DNA of 64,000 nucleotides from assembly GCA_040005235.1 (NCBI GenBank), contig JBDTZG010000019.1:1-64000 (forward strand). Direction: 5' to 3'. Positions 40,586-49,547 of the stretch are shown in pieces. Each line of letters starts with the position of its first letter. Position 1 is the first letter of the stretch. The notes beneath the pieces were generated by a model. The model was not told the DNA's origin, searched no databases, and was given only the letters and a program-made list of their open reading frames with translations. The DNA comes from Acidobacteriota bacterium (GTDB lineage: Bacteria; Acidobacteriota; Thermoanaerobaculia; Multivoradales; UBA5704). Made by a program: the position numbers and the translations under genes.

Positions 40586-41107
40586 CTAGGGGGCCTTACG
40601 GGGCTTTTTGGCGGGTTGATCGGAGCCAAGTCGCCCGAGCTTTTTGACGATCTCGAATTCCGGTTTCGCGACCGGCTGGATCGACAGGCGCATGCCTTTG
40701 CGGATCACCATCATCTCTTCGAGGCCAGGAGTCACTTTGAGCACGTCGAGAGGGATGATCTCGGGGAACTTCTCGATGAACTTGACGTCGACCATGTACC
40801 AGGTCGGGTTTTCGGGATCGCTCTTCGGATCGAAATAGTCGTGCTTCGCCTCGAAGGCGAACGAGTCGGGGTAGGCCGCGCGCGAGACTTCCGCCAGGCC
40901 GGCGACTCCCGACGGCACCGAATTCGAGGCGTAGAACAGCACCCCGTCGCCGACCTGGAAATCGTCGCGCAGGTAGTTGCGCGCTTGGAAGTTCCGCACG
41001 CCTTCCCAGGAGGTCGAGCCGTCGCGCGCGAGGTCGTCGATCGAATAGGCCTCGGGCTCGCATTTCATCAGCCAGTAGCGCTTGGACGGGAGCTTGGCGC
41101 GGGGCAT
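40586..41107 (-). CDS. EVE domain protein
   Basis: YWLMKCEP, WEGVRNFQARN, GDGVLFY, YFDPKS, RLSIQPV. Confidence 0.93.
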   Translation of the reverse strand: MPRAKLPSKRYWLMKCEPEAYSIDDLARDGSTSWEGVRNFQARNYLRDDFQVGDGVLFYASNSVPSGVAGLAEVSRAAYPDSFAFEAKHDYFDPKSDPENPTWYMVDVKFIEKFPEIIPLDVLKVTPGLEEMMVIRKGMRLSIQPVAKPEFEIVKKLGRLGSDQPAKKPRKAP

Positions 41108-41122
41108 GGAGAAAGTCTCCGG

Positions 41123-41156
41123 AAATGAAAAAGGGCCCGCTCGGCAGAGCGGGCCC
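41123..41156 (-). terminator. Rho-independent terminator of the helicase-like gene
   Basis: GGGCCCGCTC/GAGCGGGCCC hairpin with a U-run on the minus strand. Confidence 0.8.
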
Positions 41157-41173
41157 ATTCGACAAAAAACGCC

Positions 41174-42820
41174 TCAGCCCTTGAACGTGGAGCGTCGTCC
41201 GCGGATGCCCGAAGGCGGACGCTCGGGCAGGAGCGAGGGGTTGGTGTGCGAGTTCGGATCGCCTTGGATCTGACGGTACGGCGGCGTGTAACCGCCGCGG
41301 CCGGCCTTGCCTCCCCGGCGGGCGACGTTGCCGTTCGGTCCCGGTCCATGGCTGGAGCTGTACGAGCCTTGAACCGAGTTGCCGATCTCACCGCGCGGCG
41401 GTTGGGGCTGCCGTGGCTCTTTGCGCGGCCGTTGCCGGTCGCTGCGATCCCCGCCGCCCTCGGCCGCTGCCTGCGGCTTGGGCGGCTGCGGCTTCCTCTC
41501 CTCGCGCTTCTTGCCTCGCGGCCGTTCCTCGTTGCGCCGCGCTTCCGGACGGGCCGGCCGCGCTTCGGCGGTCTCTTGGGCTTCGAGCTTCTCTTCCGGC
41601 TCCTGAGCGTAATCGAAATCTTCGAGCGTGCGTCGCTCTAGGGGAGTTCCGAGGATGCGCTCGATCGCCCGCAGCTCGCCCATTTCGCGCTCGGCGACGA
41701 GGGAGATCGACGAGGCGATGTTCGGCGACAAGGTCACCCGCTGGAGGTAGTCCTCGCCGGAGGTCGGAGCGTCGAAGTGGATCACGCTCACCGTGCCTTC
41801 GACCCCCATGCCCCGGGCGGCGACGTCGGTCGCGACCAGCGCGCGAAGGCGCCCTTCGTTGAAGCTCGCGATCGCCGCGGCGCGCTGGCCCGGCGAGCGG
41901 TTGCCATGAATCCGGTCGCAGACGATGCCGTTCTTGGCCAGCAGCTCGGTCAGGCGGTTCGCCCGGTGCTTGGTGCGCGCGAAGACCACGACGCTGCCTA
42001 CGACGTCGCGGCGCAGCAGCTCAAGCAGCAGGGGAGCCTTCAGCTCCTCGCGCGCCTCGTAGGCCGCCTGCTCCAGGTTCTCGGGCAGCTCCGGCGGCCG
42101 CGACTGGCCGATCTCGGTCGGTTCGCGCAGCAACTGGTGGGCGAATTCGGTGACCGGGGCGGATGGCAGGTTGGCGAAGATGATCCGCTGCTTCGGCGCC
42201 TCCGGAAGGCGGTCGAGCGCTGCCACCAGCTCCGGTCCGAGCATCCGGTCGACTTCGTCGAGCACCAGGACCTCGACTCCGGCGAGCAGATCGGGCAGCC
42301 GTTCGAGTGCGGCCGGCAGGGCGGTGGGGACCGCCACCAGGAGGTCGAAGCCCGCCGCCAGCTGCTCGTCCGAGTCGCCGCCGTCGCAGACCGCGAAGAT
42401 GCGCAGGGTGCTCTTATGAGCGAACGCACGCGCCTTTTCGCGGATCTGGATCGTCAGCTCGCGAGAGGGGGCGAGGATCAGGACCCGACCGGTCTCCCCG
42501 TTGAGTACCGCGGGCTCCGCCTCGGAGGCGGTGATTTCCGGGGTTTCCGAGGGCTCCGAGGTCTCCGGGGTCTCCGCGACGTCGCCGCCTTCGGCAGGTT
42601 CCGGAGCGCCGGCCGGAGCGTGCCGGGCGATCAGCCCGTGCAGGACGGGTAGCAGATAGGCGGCCGTTTTGCCGCTGCCGGTGGCCGCGAGGGCCATCAG
42701 ATCGCCACCCGCCAAGATCGGCGGCAGGGCGTCCTTCTGCAGGTTGGTCGGATGGGTGAGGCCTAGGTCCCGAACCCCTTCGAGGAGGTCCGGATGCAGT
42801 CCGAACGAGGAAAACGGCAT
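41174..42820 (-). CDS. DEAD-box RNA helicase-like protein with degenerate motifs
   Basis: Q motif, ATGSGKT, APSREL, DEVD and ATDVAARG; basic disordered C-terminal tail. Confidence 0.85.
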   Translation of the reverse strand: MPFSSFGLHPDLLEGVRDLGLTHPTNLQKDALPPILAGGDLMALAATGSGKTAAYLLPVLHGLIARHAPAGAPEPAEGGDVAETPETSEPSETPEITASEAEPAVLNGETGRVLILAPSRELTIQIREKARAFAHKSTLRIFAVCDGGDSDEQLAAGFDLLVAVPTALPAALERLPDLLAGVEVLVLDEVDRMLGPELVAALDRLPEAPKQRIIFANLPSAPVTEFAHQLLREPTEIGQSRPPELPENLEQAAYEAREELKAPLLLELLRRDVVGSVVVFARTKHRANRLTELLAKNGIVCDRIHGNRSPGQRAAAIASFNEGRLRALVATDVAARGMGVEGTVSVIHFDAPTSGEDYLQRVTLSPNIASSISLVAEREMGELRAIERILGTPLERRTLEDFDYAQEPEEKLEAQETAEARPARPEARRNEERPRGKKREERKPQPPKPQAAAEGGGDRSDRQRPRKEPRQPQPPRGEIGNSVQGSYSSSHGPGPNGNVARRGGKAGRGGYTPPYRQIQGDPNSHTNPSLLPERPPSGIRGRRSTFKG

Positions 42821-42905
42821 ACGGAGATTCCGCCTTTTCGTTGCCGCGCACGCCGCATGCCTACCAGGGAGGCGCCGGGGTGCGCACCGTTGATTCCGCT
42901 ACAAT

Positions 42906-42994
42906 TGATCTCGAAACGTCTGATCCCGAAACGTCTGATTTCGAACTTCAGGTCTCGAAACGGCTGGTCCTTACACTTCGGTCCCGAAATACTC
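42906..42994. repeat. Degenerate tandem repeat, about 15 bp x 6 (TGRTCYCGAAACGTC)
   Basis: TGATCTCGAAACGTC, TGATCCCGAAACGTC, TGATTTCGAACTTC, AGGTCTCGAAACGGC, TGGTCCTTACACTTC, GGTCCCGAAATACTC. Confidence 0.75.
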
Positions 42995-43224
42995 GGGCGG
43001 TCTCACCAGAAGAGACCCCCGTTCCAGGCTCTACGGCCCTGGTTCTTACTCCCGGGCCAAGGAGCGGATCGGGAAGATCCGGGCGCCCGTGGCGTATACG
43101 GTCTCACAAAACCCCCTCTTCTGCCAAGCTCCCTCGATTTTTTCGCTCGTGGCCGGCCGAAGAGCGGTCGTCTTTCCAGCGCCGGATTGGGGCGGCGCGG
43201 CGTCCCCCTGGTAGGCTCGCGGGC

Positions 43225-44991
43225 ATGACGTTCCAGATCTTCCTGGTCCTCGCCCTGCTCGCGACCGCGGTCGTCGTGTTCGCCTTCGAATGGCTGTCGG
43301 TCGACGTCGCCACGTTGATCCTCCTGTCGATCCTGGTTCTATCCGGCGTGCTCGACGTCAAGGAGGCGTTCGCCGGGTTCTCGAACGAAATCGTGATCAT
43401 CCTGGCCGCAATCTTCGTCCTGTCGGACGGGTTGATGCGCACCGGAGTGGTCGATCGGGCGGGATCTTGGATCTATCGCCACGCGGGCGGCAGCCCGACC
43501 GGAATCGTGGTTTCCGTGATGCTGGTGACCTCTTTCATGTCCGCATTCATGAACAACACGACCACCACCGCCGTGGTGCTTCCCGCCGCGCTCGGCGTCT
43601 GCAAGAAGAGCGGCATCGCGCCGAGCAAGGTGCTGATCCCGGTGGCGTTCGCCTCCATGCTCGGCGGGACTTGTACGCTCGTCGGCACCTCGACCAACGT
43701 CGCGGCGAGCGCCTATTTGAAGAGCGCCGGAATGAAGCCTTTCGGCCTGTTCGAGTTTCTGCCGGTGGGCCTTGCGGCCTGCCTGATCGGGACGCTCTGG
43801 ATGGCGTTGATCGGCCGGCGCTTCCTGCCCGCGCACGCCGAAGCGAGCTTGACCGAAGAGTATTCCGTGCGCCAATACCTGTCCGAGCTGGTGGTCACCG
43901 AGCGCTCGCCGCTCGCCGGCCAGACGTTGCGCGACGTGCCGTTTACCGAGCTCGAAACGACCGTGCTCGCGATCGTCCGGGGGAACGAGAAATTCTCGCC
44001 CGATCCCGATACGCAGCTGCGCGCCGAGGACCTGCTGATCGTCAAGGCGAGCCGCGAGGGTCTGCTCAAGGTGAAGGACACGCCCGGCTTGGAGATCAAG
44101 CCGGACTTGAAGCCGGACGACATCGACCTCACCAGCGAGACGATGAAGGTGGTGGAGGCGGTCCTGATGCCCCAGTCGAGCTTGGTCGGCCGGTCGATCA
44201 AGGAGCTGGATTTCCGGCGCCGTTTCGGCGTGACCGTGATCGCATTGTTCCGTCAGGGGCACGCATTGCCCGAAAAGCTCGGTACGCTGCCGCTGCGGAT
44301 CGGCGACGTGCTTCTGCTGCAAGGTCGGTCGCAACGGTTCGCCGAGATCGCCGACAACGCCGACCTCTGGATGCTTCAGGAGACCGAGCACCGCCCGGCG
44401 CGCACCCGGTCGGGCCTGGCGGTGATCGGTTTGTTCATCGCGGCGCTCGCCGCCTCCGGCTTCGGTCTGATCCCGCTGCCGATCGCATTCCTGCTCGCGG
44501 CGGTCGGCGTTCTCCTGCTGCGCATCGTCACGCCGGAGGAGGCGTACAGTTTCATCGATTGGCGGCTGATCGTCCTGATCGCGGGGATGACCGCGTTCGG
44601 CACCGCGATGTCCAAAACCGGCGCGGCGGAGTATCTCGCCGGGATCATCGTTCATTGGACCGCGCCGCTCGGGATCGGTTTCCTGCTCGCGGCGTTCACC
44701 CTGCTCACCGTTCTCTTGACCCAGCCGATGTCGAACGCGGCCGCCGCCCTCGTGGTGCTGCCGATCGCTATGCAGACCGCGGCGCAGATTCATGCCAATC
44801 CCCGGACCTTTGCGGTGCTCGTTACCCTCGCGGCGTCGCTCTCGTTCTTGACGCCGTTCGAGCCCTCCTGCCTGTTGGTCTACGGCCCGGGCAAATACCG
44901 CTTCAAGGATTTCCTGCTCGCCGGCCTGCCGCTCACGGCGTTGATGATCGGGCTGCTGCTCTGGATGGTGCCGCGAATCTGGCCGCTGTAA
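43225..44991 (+). CDS. SLC13 family permease with TrkA-C domains
   Basis: SAFMNNT, LGGTCTLVGTSTN, MSNAAAA and ASLSFLTP motifs; two RCK_C-like repeats. Confidence 0.92.
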   Translation: MTFQIFLVLALLATAVVVFAFEWLSVDVATLILLSILVLSGVLDVKEAFAGFSNEIVIILAAIFVLSDGLMRTGVVDRAGSWIYRHAGGSPTGIVVSVMLVTSFMSAFMNNTTTTAVVLPAALGVCKKSGIAPSKVLIPVAFASMLGGTCTLVGTSTNVAASAYLKSAGMKPFGLFEFLPVGLAACLIGTLWMALIGRRFLPAHAEASLTEEYSVRQYLSELVVTERSPLAGQTLRDVPFTELETTVLAIVRGNEKFSPDPDTQLRAEDLLIVKASREGLLKVKDTPGLEIKPDLKPDDIDLTSETMKVVEAVLMPQSSLVGRSIKELDFRRRFGVTVIALFRQGHALPEKLGTLPLRIGDVLLLQGRSQRFAEIADNADLWMLQETEHRPARTRSGLAVIGLFIAALAASGFGLIPLPIAFLLAAVGVLLLRIVTPEEAYSFIDWRLIVLIAGMTAFGTAMSKTGAAEYLAGIIVHWTAPLGIGFLLAAFTLLTVLLTQPMSNAAAALVVLPIAMQTAAQIHANPRTFAVLVTLAASLSFLTPFEPSCLLVYGPGKYRFKDFLLAGLPLTALMIGLLLWMVPRIWPL

Positions 44992-45017
44992 AAAAAGGGC
45001 GGCCCTCGCGGCCGCCC
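44990..45017 (-). terminator. Terminator between convergent genes
   Basis: A7-GGGCGGCC-N5-GGCCGCCC. Confidence 0.75.
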
Positions 45018-45042
45018 CTACCGAAACCAAATCAACCCTCTT

Positions 45043-46896
45043 CTACTTCGACACCGTGCCGATCGCCGCCTTCTCGCGCGGCACGAACTCCTCGAACAGC
45101 GCCTTCTTGAGCAGCGTCGGCGGCAGCAGCCCCTGGGCGATGATGAAGTCGTTGAACCGTTGCCGGTTGAACGCCGGTCCGAGCGTCCGCTCGACTTCGG
45201 TCCGCATTTCCATCAGGCGCTGGTAGCCGCAGAAATACGCGGTCGCCTGGCCCGGGGAACGGAAGGTGTAGCGCTCGACCTCCTGGAGCGCCATCGCGTC
45301 GGACATTACGACGTCTTGAGTCAAAACGCGGGTGGCTTCTTCCTTGGTGATCGTGCCGCGCTGAAGGCCCGGATCGAGCTGAGCGCGGGCGGCGCGTAGC
45401 AGGCGGGCCTGGAGCGCCACGAGCTGGCCGTCGAGCGGCTCGTAGGGCTTTGCCTCCGCCTCGGCGTAGAGGCCCCAGCCTTCGGCGTTGACGCTGTTGA
45501 AGGCGAACAGCGCGCGGGCGAGCGAAACTCCCTTTTCGACCAGCGACGAGAACTGCAGCTCATGCCCCGGCCGCCCTTCGTGCGCGGTGAGTGTCCAAGA
45601 GGCGGCGTCGAACGTGAAATCGTCGAACCCGATCAGTTTGCCGTCGGGGCCGGCGATCCGCAGCGGCAGCACGAACTCGCCGGTCTCGCCGGTGTTGCCG
45701 ATCAGCCGTGGCGGGCGCATGTTCGGAGCGGGCACCGCGGCGCTCTCCGCCGCGCTCGCAAGCCGGATGTGCATCGGCCGGTCGGGGAGCGTCACGATGT
45801 TGTGGTCGCGGATGATCTTTTCGAGGTCCTTGATCCGCGCCTCGTAGTGGGGAAGGATCGCCTCGCCCACGATCTGGTTCTTTTTCAGCTCGCGCAGCAC
45901 GTCGCGGTAGTCGGTGGCGGAAAAACCTTTCTCTTTCGCTACCAACGGCGCTAGGGTCTGCATCTCGTTCTGGATCTCGCGGAACGAGACCTCGGCGCGG
46001 GAGACCAGCTCGTCTACGGCCATGTCGACGCCGACCTGCTTGAGCGATAGCGTATAGAGTTCCGGCGGCAGGCGAAAATCGGTGCGGGAGCGCGGCAAAA
46101 CTTCGGCCCGAAGGAACGCCTCGTAGTCGGCGAGCTGCTTTTTGACCGCCGCGTAATCTTTCTCGTAGCCCGCGATCTTGTACTGCCCAAACAGCTCGCC
46201 GATGCCGTCGGAGTAGGTCGCCGTGGTCTGGAACGCCTTTTCGATCTCGGCGCGGGTGGGTCCGATCAGCCCCGGAATAGCCAAGCGAGCGCGCATGTAG
46301 TCGGCCGCCAGGACCGTGATCGGCTTGCCGCCGTTCGCTCCGGCGTCGAGCCCCGCGTACTTGTGAAGACGCGCCACGGCGGTCTTCCGGCGTTCGGGGG
46401 CGACCTGGTCGTCGAGCAGGGAACGGACTCCCTGGAAGATCAGCTGATGAATGTCGAAGAACGGCACGGCAAGGCGCTCGTTGACCTCGGCGGCTTCGAT
46501 GCCGTCCTCGGCCGAACCGATCAGGATCTCCAGATCCTGGCGCACCGCCGGATCGCTCTCCGCGGCGAGCCGCTTCTTGAGCTCGGCGATCCCCTCCTTC
46601 GTCGCCGCCGTCTGGCGTTCGACGACCCCGGGGGTCAAGTCGGTGATCTTGTCGTCGTACCCGTCGACGCCGAACTGGCTCGCGCCTTCCGGGCCGAAGC
46701 GGGCGAACAGGTCGATCAGGATCTGGGAATTCTTGTCGCTCTTTTCCACCCAGGCCTGTTTGGCCGGCGGCGCGGTTTTCGCCGGTTCGGCGGCGTGGGC
46801 GGCGCCTGAGAAAGCGGCGAGGCCGAAGCCCAGCGCCACGAGCGCGAGCACCGCGGGGCGGCGTACGCGGACGGATTTGCGAGACGTATCGAGCAC
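45043..46896 (-). CDS. DUF885 family secreted protein
   Basis: HEGRPGHELQ, EGWGLYAE, RLLRAAR, EVERY..PGQATAY; AAGGAG RBS 8 nt before GTG46896. Confidence 0.9.
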   Translation of the reverse strand: MLDTSRKSVRVRRPAVLALVALGFGLAAFSGAAHAAEPAKTAPPAKQAWVEKSDKNSQILIDLFARFGPEGASQFGVDGYDDKITDLTPGVVERQTAATKEGIAELKKRLAAESDPAVRQDLEILIGSAEDGIEAAEVNERLAVPFFDIHQLIFQGVRSLLDDQVAPERRKTAVARLHKYAGLDAGANGGKPITVLAADYMRARLAIPGLIGPTRAEIEKAFQTTATYSDGIGELFGQYKIAGYEKDYAAVKKQLADYEAFLRAEVLPRSRTDFRLPPELYTLSLKQVGVDMAVDELVSRAEVSFREIQNEMQTLAPLVAKEKGFSATDYRDVLRELKKNQIVGEAILPHYEARIKDLEKIIRDHNIVTLPDRPMHIRLASAAESAAVPAPNMRPPRLIGNTGETGEFVLPLRIAGPDGKLIGFDDFTFDAASWTLTAHEGRPGHELQFSSLVEKGVSLARALFAFNSVNAEGWGLYAEAEAKPYEPLDGQLVALQARLLRAARAQLDPGLQRGTITKEEATRVLTQDVVMSDAMALQEVERYTFRSPGQATAYFCGYQRLMEMRTEVERTLGPAFNRQRFNDFIIAQGLLPPTLLKKALFEEFVPREKAAIGTVSK

Positions 46897-47127
46897 GAGG
46901 AACGCTCCTTCCGAAGAAATCGAGGGGGACCGGACGGCAGGCCCGGCGTCACCTCCGATGTACGGCAGGGAGGGCGAAAAGATTTCCCGGACCGAGCGGA
47001 CGGTCGCCACTCGGGTAACCGCACGGTAACCGGCGGCCCAGCGGAACCGGCCTGGCGGCCATGCTAAGCTGGGGGTCCAGTCGCCAAGGGCACCCAAACC
47101 AGCTCTTATCCGTCGGGTCTTGTCCGC

Positions 47128-47466
47128 ATGATCGTCGAAAAACGCCATCTACCGGGTTTCACCGTGCTCAATATCGAAGGCGTGATCAAGCTCGGCGAGA
47201 GCGCGCAGTTTTTCGCCCAGACCTTGGAGCGCGCCCTCGATCACGATCTGGGGCACGTAATCATCGATTTTTCCCAGATCAACTACATCGATTCGACCGG
47301 AATCGGCGAGTTGGTCGGATATCTCGGGCGTTTCCGCGATTTCCAGCGCGAGCTGATCCTGGTCAACCCGAACGAGCGCATCCGCAAGCTACTCCAGGTC
47401 GCTCGCCTCGCCGAGCTGTTTCCGACCTACGACTCGGTCGAAGCGGCGATCGCCGCCGAGGCGTGA
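47128..47466 (+). CDS. STAS domain anti-anti-sigma factor
   Basis: VIIDFSQINYIDSTGIGELV (phospho-Ser motif DSTG). Confidence 0.92.
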   Translation: MIVEKRHLPGFTVLNIEGVIKLGESAQFFAQTLERALDHDLGHVIIDFSQINYIDSTGIGELVGYLGRFRDFQRELILVNPNERIRKLLQVARLAELFPTYDSVEAAIAAEA

Positions 47467-48527
47467 CGCTCCTGCCCGGACCCGATTTGCCCGCCGGCGC
47501 CTCCCGGTTCGCTCCGATCGCCGCGGTGGTGAGGAGCGGTCGGGCCGAATCCTGGATTCTCGGCGCCGCCGCGGTCGCCACCCCGGCGGGGAGTCTGGTC
47601 GCTTCGGCAGGCGATCCGAATCTCGCCACCTTCATCCGCTCCGCGGCAAAGCCGTTCCAGATCCTGCCCCTGCTTCTCGCGGGCGGAGTCGAGCGTTTCG
47701 GGCTCGAACCCGCGGACTTGGCGTTGATTTGCGCCTCGCACGGCGGCCGGCCGGAGCATACGGAACGGGCCGCGCGGCTGCTCGAACGGGGCGGCTTCTC
47801 CGGCGCCGATCTGCTCTGCGGCGCCCACGTGCCGTTCGACCCGCAAGCGGCGCGCGATCTGCTGAACCGCGGCGAAGCGCCGAGCGCCCTCCACAGCAAC
47901 TGCTCGGGTAAACATGCGGGGATGCTCCTCGCCTGCCGGCTGTTGGGTTTTCCGACCGCCGAATACACCGCTGCCGAGCATCCGCTGGAACGGCGCATGC
48001 TGGCCTGGATGGCGGAGTTGGCACGGGTCGAAGAGAGCGAGATCGGCCTTGGGATCGACGGGTGCAGCATCCCCGCGTTCCACATGACGCTCGCCGCCGC
48101 CGCCCGGGCCTATGCGGCGCTGGCCGATCCTGCCGGTGCGGGTTTGGCGCCCGAGGTGGCCGGAGCGCTCGACCAGGTGGCGGAAGCGATGGGCGCGGCG
48201 CCCGAGATGGTCGCCGGCCCCGGGCGCTTCACCACCCGGCTGATCGCCGCGACCGGCGGCCGGGTGATCGGCAAGGAGGGGGCCGAAGGGTTTTACGCCA
48301 TGGCGGTGCGCAGCCCGTTCCCGCTCGGGCTGGCGTTCAAGGTGGCCGACGGGGGAGAGCGAGGCCGTGACGGCGTGGCGCTCGAAATGCTGCGCCAGAT
48401 GGGCGCGCTCTCCGGCGAAGAGCTGGCCGACCTCGACGATCTGATGAAGCCGCCGATCCGCACGATACGCGGCGAAGCGGTCGGCGAGGTGACTCCGGAG
48501 ATCGAGCTGGTGGGGGTCGAGCCGTGA
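47463..48527 (+). CDS. L-asparaginase II family protein
   Basis: RSAAKPFQ, CASHGG, NCSGKHAGML, DGCSIP and KEGAEG motifs; GTGA overlap with the STAS gene. Confidence 0.9.
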   Translation: MTLLPGPDLPAGASRFAPIAAVVRSGRAESWILGAAAVATPAGSLVASAGDPNLATFIRSAAKPFQILPLLLAGGVERFGLEPADLALICASHGGRPEHTERAARLLERGGFSGADLLCGAHVPFDPQAARDLLNRGEAPSALHSNCSGKHAGMLLACRLLGFPTAEYTAAEHPLERRMLAWMAELARVEESEIGLGIDGCSIPAFHMTLAAAARAYAALADPAGAGLAPEVAGALDQVAEAMGAAPEMVAGPGRFTTRLIAATGGRVIGKEGAEGFYAMAVRSPFPLGLAFKVADGGERGRDGVALEMLRQMGALSGEELADLDDLMKPPIRTIRGEAVGEVTPEIELVGVEP

Positions 48528-48575
48528 GCCCGCAGCGGGTTCCTGAAGTTCGTTAGAGGAGGTTTGACTCCACCC

Positions 48576-48968
48576 TCACGACGGCATCTCGTGGGCGTCC
48601 GCCTCCAGGTGGACGTCCAACTCGCCGTGGAGCTTGAGATACCGCTCGACCGGCATGCCGACCCGCTCCGCGAAGCTCTGCTGATAGCTCGCGACGGCAC
48701 CGACCGGTTCGTCGAGGTAGAGCCGTTCGATGCGAAACAGCGGCACGAACATCGTGGAGAGCCCCAGCGAAGGCGGCTCTTTGGATGCCGCCTGGAGCGC
48801 CCACTCGGCAAAGCTCGCGACGCCGATGCCGCGCATCTGCACCCCCGCGACGCCGAGGTCGTAGAGCACTCCCCAGAACTTTTCGGTCGGGTTGACCAGA
48901 TGGACGAGAACGATGGAACCGGGTCGGATCACAGGCGGCGCTCCTTCAAGCGGAGAAGGATACGGCAT
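48576..48968 (-). CDS. Hypothetical protein
   Basis: Globular-looking ORF (VHLVNPTEKFWG..FVPLFRIERLYLDE). Confidence 0.7.
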   Translation of the reverse strand: MPYPSPLEGAPPVIRPGSIVLVHLVNPTEKFWGVLYDLGVAGVQMRGIGVASFAEWALQAASKEPPSLGLSTMFVPLFRIERLYLDEPVGAVASYQQSFAERVGMPVERYLKLHGELDVHLEADAHEMPS

Positions 48969-49071
48969 GCGCAAACCTCGATCTCAAAGAAATTTGCACC
49001 CCGCGGCCGTCGAATTTCGCGTTAGGTCTAAAGAGGCCCTCTTTTTCTCTCGGCCCGAGGAGTTGCTCGCC

Positions 49072-49383
49072 ATGCATCGACTGGAGATCCTGTCCGCTGC
49101 AAAGACCAACTGTGAGGAGGCGTACGCCCGAATCGCCTGCCTCGGAGGGCGCGCCGCCGACGGACGCCCTTGGCGTCTGGCCAACGACGACGCCATCCGA
49201 GCGCTCGAAACCGGAGCCCGGAGCCTGTTCGTCCGCTGGCACGGCCAAGAGCACGACGTGGTGATCGAGCGCGACCCGCAAGGGCACAAGCTCCTCCGCA
49301 TCGAAGGGGACTACACCGCCTCGAACGCCCTGTTCTCCCTGCCGGAGTGCATGCCGGACCCGCCGCCGCCGGCATTCGTTTGA
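49072..49383 (+). CDS. DUF3892-like protein
   Basis: GAGGAG RBS; RI...GG...DG..W....DAI..LE.G...FV...G.K.LR...D....N.L.SLPEC pattern. Confidence 0.7.
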   Translation: MHRLEILSAAKTNCEEAYARIACLGGRAADGRPWRLANDDAIRALETGARSLFVRWHGQEHDVVIERDPQGHKLLRIEGDYTASNALFSLPECMPDPPPPAFV

Positions 49384-49547
49384 GGCGCGCCCCGAAGAGG
49401 AAATCCCCGGGCTCGGCTTCGCCCGAGCGAACGGGTATCCTCTAGGCACGGGAAAACCAGGCAGGACGGGCGCTGGACGCGCGAGCCGTAGGAAATCGGC
49501 TCGCGCGGCGCGATCGCCATTTCCTGCCGGGGCTCCCGTCTTCCGCC

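Noticed and set aside
42841-43224. N-terminal extension of the SLC13 ORF containing ETSD repeats
   Set aside because: Recognisable permease sequence begins at ATG43225; the extension is read-through of the intergenic region.
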